A DNA stretch of 56,237 bases, counting the filler, from Porpidia crustulata (Eukaryota), in the NCBI GenBank assembly GCA_964255105.1. It is 6 parts of 6 records of this genome, joined end to end, with 100 filler letters (N's around TTAATTAATTAA, not from the genome) between each part and the next. Parts side by side here need not be neighbours in the genome. Positions count along the whole stretch, not along the records: positions 46,959 to 56,237 come from CAXUWE010000963.1; 5 more parts are not named here. One strand, written 5' to 3'. The notes beneath the pieces are model-generated. The model was given only the letters and a program-made list of their open reading frames with translations, did no database searches and had not been told where the DNA came from. Shown here piece by piece: positions 48,161 to 56,237 of this stretch. The position numbers and the translations under genes are program-made. Numbering within the stretch: position 1 is the stretch's first letter; each line of letters begins with the position of its first letter.

Positions 48161-49243
48161 GTGTAAACCTCCACCAATATGGACCTTGCTCTCCCCTGCG
48201 AAATCAGACTCGAATGACTGAAACTGTAGTGGATTGTCGACGTCGTGTGCTGCAATTAGGAAATTTCTCGAGCTAAAAGTCGTGTCGTGAAGGTGCAGGG
48301 ATCCTCGGCGGACGCTAAAAACGACCTCACCTCCACCGTCTGCTTTTCCTACTTCACCTTCAGACAACAATTGAACTCCCTCCGAGTACCAATCTCGAAG
48401 CAGCTATGGTAGAAGTGGACCACTCAACTCAGTCGGGCGCAGTAAAAGGTGCCGCCATCTCTCACAGCAGTGGAGGAAAAATACCGTAAGTGCTATATTG
48501 TCACTCTACTTCATTTACTCCAGTTCAATTTCCGCCCAGCTAATTTTCACACAGCTATCCTAAGCACGTATGGTCGCCATCTGGTGGCTGGTATGCGCAA
48601 CCAGCGAATTGGAAGGCCAACACAGCGGTGATGGGAGTAATTATTATTGGCATTACGGCAATGGCATGGAGCATTAGTGCGGATCGAGAGTACCGGACCA
48701 GGTTTCCCGACAAAGACAGATTCTTTCCTAGTCGATGGTAAGCAGGTTCTCAATCGATGTGTACCCATCGACTGGTTTTGATAATTCTACGCTGTAGGTG
48801 GAGTAAGCAGATTATAGAGCATGAACGAGCCACGCGGGGGCAGCAATAGCCTTGCTGGTCTTGGAAATCATTGCTGGCGTTTCGGTGAACTGGCGGAATG
48901 TGTTGTTTTATGCTCTGGGAGACTATTGGGAAAACCAGGAACCTCCGCGGTGTTCATCATCATCATACCCCTGAACGGCTACGAAAATAATTACAGAGAT
49001 TTGGTTCCCAATCCTTCTTTTTGCTTGTATGACTGAATCAAAAGCGCCTCAGATCTATCAGCTGATAAAAACACCAAACCGCATAACCTGTAGGGTAGTA
49101 CAATCAGGACATTTAGCCTTGCCAGCACTTGTGTTCAGGTATCCAAATGAGTCGTATGGGTCATCACGAGTTGGGAATTTTCATAGACCTAGTGACCACC
49201 CTTTCATATCATTCTCCCGTGGGTTTGGCCGGGTATAGCAGGC

Positions 49244-50695
49244 TCATAGTGAAGCCTCTTGGAGCTGTTCCTCCGACAGCGCGGCCAGTCTGAGTCCTCT
49301 CTCGTATTCACTTAACCGATCGCGTACGCTCTCGCCATTCCACGATTCTTTACCCCATAGCTCTGCGGTTTCGGGCCTTTCACGCGTCAATTTGGGCATT
49401 CCTACCTGCTCAATTGCAAAGCTGGCGGCGACAGAACCATATATGCACCCCACTTCAAACTCGGTCAGGCCTCCGGGATGGCGTTCGTCCAGTAGCCCAA
49501 TGCAGAAGCCGCCAAGGAATGCGTTGCCACATCCAGTGGGATCGATAACATTACCCCTGCCACTACCCGGCTTTTCCGACCCGGACTGGGCATCTTCATA
49601 CGGTGTGTGCTCTGCTTCAGATCCGCTTGAAGGCCCGTGAAAAGCTGGAAAGAAGACATGACGAACGAAATGTGCGCAATAGCAGCCCCGCTCACCAAGC
49701 CGAACCACCACAGCCTTAGGTTTACAGCCGAAACCCAAGGTCAGCAGTTCTTGGCATTTCTCTGTTAAGATCGAAGCGTCTGATTCTTGACTGAGGTCAA
49801 TCTTGACGCCAAAGAGGGCACCCAACTCATCTAAATTAGGACTAATAACATCGACCCATTTTGTGGCCTCCCTGCATGCACATTCGACGTCAGTATTGGC
49901 TTAGTGCGTTGTCTACTCGAGTCTGATCGTATCTTCAGCAAAAAGAAAACGAAACGATCACTCTAATTACACACGAAACGAACCCGAAATCTCAAAATAG
50001 AGACTAAAGGACAAGCTGACAAACGCTCGGAACGACATACAGGATGTTTGATAACTCGCTCGGCACGCATGAACTTGGCACGGGCTCCCATACGAAAATA
50101 GGCGTTGGCATTGTGCCTGGTGGAAGCTTGTGGTAGACTGCGTCGCGTTTCATGAGGATCGATCGAACTAGATCGATGCAACGAGTCGGAGAGCCTATCA
50201 GGTGGTAGGTCTTTGATTGTATGTGCTTATCCGATAGTGTATTGTGGTCGACCCGGATCTTGGGAGTGAGATACTCGAAGTCTGGGAGCTCTCCGATGTC
50301 AGCTCATACAATGCTTTTCGTTTCTGTTGGAAATATCTACCCCTATGATGTTCATTGGTGTAGCGGTTCCGACCTCGTGTCGTCAGTCGATTGGGAGTCC
50401 TTATCAAGGACATCGTTGTATTCCATGATGAGATCTCTTTCTCTATCTCTATCGGAAAGTCCGAACCTGCATGCACTGCCCATCCGACCAGCCCTGATGA
50501 AGGCGGTGCTCGAAAGAGTCTGGCTCCAACTATTGCATACGAGCCTGCTCCTCCCGGGATCCCTATTTCTGGTTTTCGGGGCAGGGGATAATATATCTCA
50601 TCTGTAGGTGCTAAGTCGTACGGCTTGAATCCATATTCTACCTTTAAGGGAATGAACCTACCTATAATGAACATGCCAAGCGTGACAAAATCCAT
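49244..50695 (-). CDS. MAK32: PfkB-family carbohydrate kinase-like protein (MAK32-like), multi-exon
   Basis: MDFVTLGMFIIDEI, GGAGSYA, GSDFP, RLTTRG, FVWEPVP and VIDPTGCGNAFLGG motifs. Confidence 0.83.
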
Positions 50696-51100
50696 AGTGG
50701 CTAGTCCCCCGCCTGGCTTATTTGCCTCCACGTTTTTTATAGTCTACGCATTGTTTGAAAGAAGGATCCCTTGTATTCCATATCACGTTTATCAGATCGG
50801 GGTAATCTTTTACTATGGATTCTCCCACTTGAAGGGCCAAGAGGGAAATCTTGGGCCTCGGTCTCGCCATGGCCTATGATCCTCCGCGGATGTCGCTTAT
50901 GTAAACGTAGCTTATAATCCCTGTCCCAGGTCCTGTAAGGCTATTCAAGATAAATAATAAATCTCAATTGAAACTCGGATATGGTGGACGAGGTTGGCCA
51001 CTGGCACGGTTAGAATCATCCATTTGAATTCCGCAGTCCCTGCTTCAACGGAACTCGTCTTGTTCTATCCCTACGCTCCAGCAGCGTAGCGCTTGCCGTC

Positions 51101-52963
51101 ATGGCCAACAGTATGAACAATCTTACCACGCTCATTAAGCGGTAAGTTGCATGATGCTGTCTATCAATCTGCGTCAAGACTCTCCTTCCTGTTTTTTTTA
51201 TAATCATGAACGATTCGGATGTAGAGAATCTATACGATAATCCACACTTTTAGCTGTGATGCCTCTTGCTTCACTAACGATTCTTCGCAGGCTCGAAGCC
51301 GCGACTTCACGCCTAGAGGACATGGTTCCAACGATGAGCGAGTCGTCTGCGTCAGCTAATGGGCTACCAGCATTACCAGAAGCAGGCCTCTCTACCGGCC
51401 GCGGCCTTGATCAACCAGGAGGAACTGCTATGTCTCCACAGCCCATGTATGAAACTTTACCTCCAGCTATCGACGACTTTGATACTTTGATCAACGGTGA
51501 TGTCAAGACCTACGTCAATATGAGCGAGGAGATTGGAGGCTTGGTGGCGGAGCAGGTACACCACTTTCAAGCCTGAGGACCTGCAAAATCGCTGACCACT
51601 AAGTCCGCCGCTGTACTCCGATCGTTTGCTGCCCAGCGCAAATTCCTCATCATTACCACGAAGGCCAAGAAACCAGATATCCAGTCTCCAGGCTATATGG
51701 AGATATTAAAAGAGTTGCAATCAATGATGGGCGCGGTCAGCGATATAAGAGAAGCCAACCGACCATCACCCTTGTTCAACCATCTCACTACTGTATCAGA
51801 AGGCATCGCTTTGCTCGGATGGATCACGATTGACCCTAAACCGGTAGCGTTCATCGGTGATATGCTAAGCAGCGCTCAATTTTACGGTAATCGTGTGATA
51901 AAGGAATACAAGGAGAAGTCAGTCCCCCTTATGGCGCCTCATGGTGCCTCATGTTGCATGATCCTGATATCTCTACAGAGATCGATCTCATGTCGATTGG
52001 GTACAGGCGTTCTACCGCATCTTCACCTCCCTCACCGACTATGTCAAGAAACATTACCCCTCCGGTGTTACATGGAATAACAGGGACGGCATTGACCCAG
52101 TGGAAGCTCTCCATGAGGTTCAATCAGGTCAATCATCGTCTAAGCCACCTGCCACCCCTTCAAGCTCCGGAGGACCCCCTCCTCCACCACCACCTCCTCT
52201 TCCAAAATTCGACAACGTCTCAATGAACGGTATCTCCGGTGCAAAGAGCAGTACCTCCGACATGGGCGCTGTCTTCGACGAGCTCTCGAAAGGCGAAGGA
52301 GCAACTTCCCACCTTCGTAAAGTTGACCCATCCTCTCAAACCCACAAAAACCCCTCCTTGCGAGCGGGCGCCACCGTTCCATCCGCTCCCGCCCGCAGTG
52401 CTTCCCAAACCAGTGCTTCTTCCCACGGCAAATCCCCTTTACCTGGCAAAAAACCCAAACCAGAAAGCATGCGGACGAAAAAGCCCCCGAGGAAGGAACT
52501 CGACGGCAACAAATGGCTTATCGAACACTACGACTCGCACGAAGGCATGCTCCAAGTCGAAGCCTCGATCTCGCACTCGATCCTCATATCTCGCTGCACC
52601 AAAACCGCCATCCGCGTCATTGGTAAAGCAAACGCCATCAGCATCGACAACTGTACCGGCCTTTCCCTCGTCATCGACAGCCTCGTCTCGTCAGTGGACG
52701 TCATCAAATCGCCCAAGTTCGAGATGCAGGTGCTCGGAACTCTACCGACCATATTGCTGGATCAGGTGGACGGCGCGGCGATTTATTTGGGGAAAGAGAG
52801 CCTGGGCACCGAGGTGTTTACGAGTAAGTGCGCGGGTGTGAACATCAACTTGCCGGGCAAAGGGGAGGATGATGATTATGTGGAGAGGCCAGTGCCGGAG
52901 CAGGTGAAGACTGTGGTTCGGGGCGGGACGGTGGTCAGTGAGATTGTCGAACATGCTGGATAG
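51101..52963 (+). CDS. SRV2: Adenylyl cyclase-associated protein (CAP)
   Basis: LIKRLEAATSRLED spans the first intron; poly-Pro, LRKV/THKNPSLR, and a C-terminal CARP domain ending IVEHAG. Confidence 0.95.
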
Positions 52964-53458
52964 GAGTTGGGAGAGGTGGATGGGGATGTAGGATATGTAT
53001 GGGATATGGGAAGATGTTGGTGCGGGCAGGGGATGAAATCTCTAGTAGATCTTACTGTAGTGTGGCATTGGTTGCATAGTTTGGGGGTTAAGTTGGCTAG
53101 TTTAGATGGAAGCCCTCATTGGGATGGAATTGTAATAATAAGACGTTTGAGCTATCTGAAACGCCGTCGCCCATGAGTGAAATGGTCATGGAATCGGAGA
53201 GGAGATTGGACGGAATAGGTAAATTTACATTTGCAAAGGTATCTGAAGATTGCAAGCTGTAGGGTGGTGGCATCCTAATGATTGCCTTTCAGCTTCCAAG
53301 CAGAGGAATCTCCTGGTCCATTATATCCGCACCCCTGATGACCAAGCTTTCACCGAGGCCATAGCTGGGAAGAAACCGCTCTTTCGACCCTTTAGATCGA
53401 ATGAAGATTATCATCAACTCTGTTCGTGTATCATCACGATAGTCACGCTCGTCGCGGC

Positions 53459-55028
53459 TCATGAATCACCATCCTTGGCATCTACCTTTTTGGTAGTATT
53501 CTGTTCTTGGGTTCCGTCGTCGTGGTCTTCGCGAGCCCGCTTCTTGGAGGTTGGCTCTTTGGAGGTGGCGGAAGCTTTGTCGGGCGTGATGGTTTCTTTG
53601 GTTGGTTCGGGTACGGCAATCTTCGGTACTCCGTTTTCTTTGGTTTTACTGTCGATGGTTGGGGAGGTGCTGGGGGTTGTGTTAATAAAGGGGTAAGGAT
53701 AGAAGGGTTATGGTTGGAGGAGGAGTGATACGTACTTCTCGTCTCCACCTCTCCTCTTCTCCTCATTCCTGTCTCTCCCGTTGCGGTCTCGCCCGTCCTT
53801 CCCATCCCGGTCACGGCCTCTACCTCTCCCGCCGCCTCGGCCGCGACCGGAGCTTCCGAAGCCCCTGTGTCCCCGGCCATTCCTATCTTTGAAGCCGGAC
53901 TTGCTGTCTTCGTTTCGCCGCTCACGCCAGTCGCGGGTATCATCGTCGCCACGCTTACCGCGGTGATTTGATTGTCCGTCAGGTTGGTGACGCTGGATTT
54001 TGCCGGATCGAATATCTTCGACCTTCTCATCACAATACTGCTTCTTGCTTTTGATCAAAAGGTCGTTGCCTTTCCATTTGGGCTTCGGGTCCAGGGCGAG
54101 GAAGGCTTTTTGAGTCGTGTCGGAGTCAAATTCGACAAAGACGCTGCTCTTGAAGAATTTATTTTGTGCACGACGCAGGCGGACGGATTTTGTGGAGCCG
54201 TATTCTGCAAAGAAAGCTTCGATATCGAATTGAGTGCTTGGCTGCTCTTCACCAAAACCTTTGACATAGACGCTTCGGGCCATGGCTTCGTCCTCGTAGA
54301 CCTTCTGTATTTCAACCATGGGCTTGTCCTTCAGATGCTCGGGTAGTGGGATTTTTCGCTGGACACAACTATCATTATCGGTGACATTCAAAATCGTACT
54401 CTCTTTGAGCGCTTCCAGTATCGCCGAGTAGGGCTGGAAGTGGCGCATACGTTTGAAAGAGTGTATAATGCTGAGTGGGACAGGAAGATTCTGGTGACCT
54501 TCAACCTTGGAATAGAGGAAATTGTCGGACATAAGATTAGAGTCGGAGAAGTAGAATTCGACTTGTTTGCGGATCTCAATTGGATCACTGCTTATCGGTT
54601 GAGACGTGAGATCGGACTTGATATTCTGCTTGAAGTTCTTGGGGGAGCGATCGCGATTATTCCACTTTTGGGCATCTTTGACTCTATCTGATGGTGCGCC
54701 GTCTTCTTTTGGCCCTGTGTCCTCTGTACTCGATTGAATCGTATGACCTTCCGCTTCAACACTAGGAGCATCTTTCAATCTCCCTGTCTTATCTTCCGTC
54801 AATGCATGCTCGTCTGCGTGTACTAAGATTAGCTAAAGCATATTCGCAGGGTCCATATAGAAGGTGAGGGGCTGTTTGGGCAGTTGTATTCAGAGCTAAG
54901 GACATACCACTTGTCTCCTTGGGTATATCGGCGACTGTCTCATCTTTCGTGTTATTGACAGTCTGGTCGTTCGCAATAGAAGTTGCAGAAGGGTCGGGCT
55001 CAATCGTCTCGACCACCATATCGACCAT
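53459..55028 (-). CDS. LHP1: La protein (La motif + RRM)
   Basis: IRKQVEFYFSDSNL, SFKRMR, RSVYVKGF and FKSSVFVEF. Final exon ends KKVDAKDGDS* at 53459. Confidence 0.9.
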
Positions 55029-55440
55029 TTCAAATTCGCGGAACGGGTTATAGCAGTATCAGGAAGCAAATGATAGATGGGTATTCTGCGCCAATGCTAG
55101 CAATGGCAGAGAAAGCGATAAGATCCTTTGATTTTGAGAGAGAATAGGATGTCTTATTGGATAACTCAAGTTGGAGAAAAGTATTAGCTCATGATGTAGG
55201 CAGTATTATCGTCAGATGTCATTAGCCGGGTTGATCGGCGAAAGTAGCAGGTAGCCTGTGGTTTTGGTCCTAATAGACGCAGTTGAATGAGTCTTCAGAA
55301 TTGGAGCTTCTCTTTTCCGTGCCCGCAATTGAAGCTCTCAAGCGAGGGGCAAGTTTTCGCGGCGTAATTTTTGTTCAAAGATCCTTGCAGAAGAAAAGCA
55401 TCATCCAGCTCTCCCTTCCCCAACATCAGCGTAGTACGCC

Positions 55441-56237
55441 ATGCGCAAGCGATTTCACGGTCTCAAAAGACTAGTAAATGCCAATGCTCTGGTCTTATTT
55501 TGATGAAGTGTCTAATTCCCTCAACAGAAAGTCCGCCAATCGTGGAGCAAATACAACCTATACAACCTGTCTCGTGCCGAAACCCCCAACACTTCAAACC
55601 GGACCTATTTCCAGCAGAAGTGGACGGCAAAAGCTCTGACACGCGCCTACCATGGAGAAACGATACGGGAGAAAAAGTGGCAGATGCTGTTCCGTCCATC
55701 GATACGCTCCGTTGTTCCCATGGACCACAGATATCTCGCTCGTTCAGACGGATCAGAGCAGGCCTTGGGAAGAGGTTCAGGCCTTGAACCCTCCCCTGAA
55801 GATAAGTCGAAGCCTTTCCCGAAGACGCCCTACATGAACATGGTGTATGCACCGATTGAAAGAAGGCTGGATGCGGCAATATTTCGTGCGCTGTTTGCCA
55901 GCAGCACAAGACAGGCCAGGCAGTTCGTGGTTCATGGCTATGTGAAGGTGAATGGAGTAAAGGTATTTATTTGGACAAGCTATGGGTACATGCATCTGCT
56001 AATTACGTCTACTCTAGATGATCTACCCGGGTTACCAACTCAACCCCGGTGACATGTTCCAGGTCGACCCCGAACGCGTTCTGTATGCCACTGGCGCTTC
56101 CAAGGACGCAAAAGAACGTCGCGCCACCCGCAAATTCCGGCAAAGGCAATCTACGTCCTCAGCAGAAGAACAGGAATCCTCCTCCGAAGCCCCTCCTCCA
56201 GCAACAACGCCCCCCGACCCACCGCCGTCCACTAAAG
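55441..56237 (+). CDS. NAM9: Mitochondrial ribosomal protein uS4m, 3' end runs off the window
   Basis: [11 protein letters not shown] spliced to [14 protein letters not shown], then FQQKWTAK...YHGE and [27 protein letters not shown]. Confidence 0.93.

Noticed and set aside
48160..48370. 70-aa N-terminal extension of MRPL3 in the ORF track
   Set aside because: It starts at a non-ATG codon; the ATG at 48160 begins a typical mitochondrial presequence.
48565..48625. Cluster of small hairpins (gccatctggtggc, gctggt...accagc, ttgg...ccaa) as a tRNA or ncRNA
   Set aside because: No T-loop or D-loop consensus, and the stems are too short to exceed chance.
49500..49560. PfkB catalytic GAGD replaced by GCGN as a novel inactivation
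   Set aside because: As I recall, an Asn at this position is usual for the fungal MAK32-like subfamily.

Overview
Fungal (filamentous ascomycete, Pezizomycotina-type) nuclear DNA with short introns. The window is not one locus. It is six contigs of 9317, 9293, 9285, 9284, 9279 and 9279 bp in descending size order, joined by identical 100-nt N44-TTAATTAATTAA-N44 spacers, so gene linkage is only meaningful within a contig. Contigs 1, 5 and 6 are mostly core genes: a TBC Rab-GAP, allantoicase, an ankyrin-DIL protein, an M13 peptidase, RCY1, a CSI2/PRM5-like membrane protein, a TRI101-like acetyltransferase, MRPL3, a MAK32-like kinase, CAP/SRV2, La and NAM9. Contig 5 also carries an unusual stand-alone, degenerate Upf1-like helicase domain. 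Contig 3 has a MAPEG gene head-to-head with a fatty-acid dioxygenase-P450 fusion gene, a candidate oxylipin module. Contigs 2 and 4 are accessory DNA with RIP-like decay. They contain a tandem QIP/Gfd2-like exonuclease pseudogene, a pseudogene with an apparently permuted deaminase zinc site (PCxxC before CAE), a 12-bp-periodic repeat with GC hairpins, and an intact ~1030-aa protein of unknown function. The contig 4 elements lie inside an ~8.6-kb block bracketed by a 29-bp direct repeat. All family calls come from motif recognition by eye; no searches were run.
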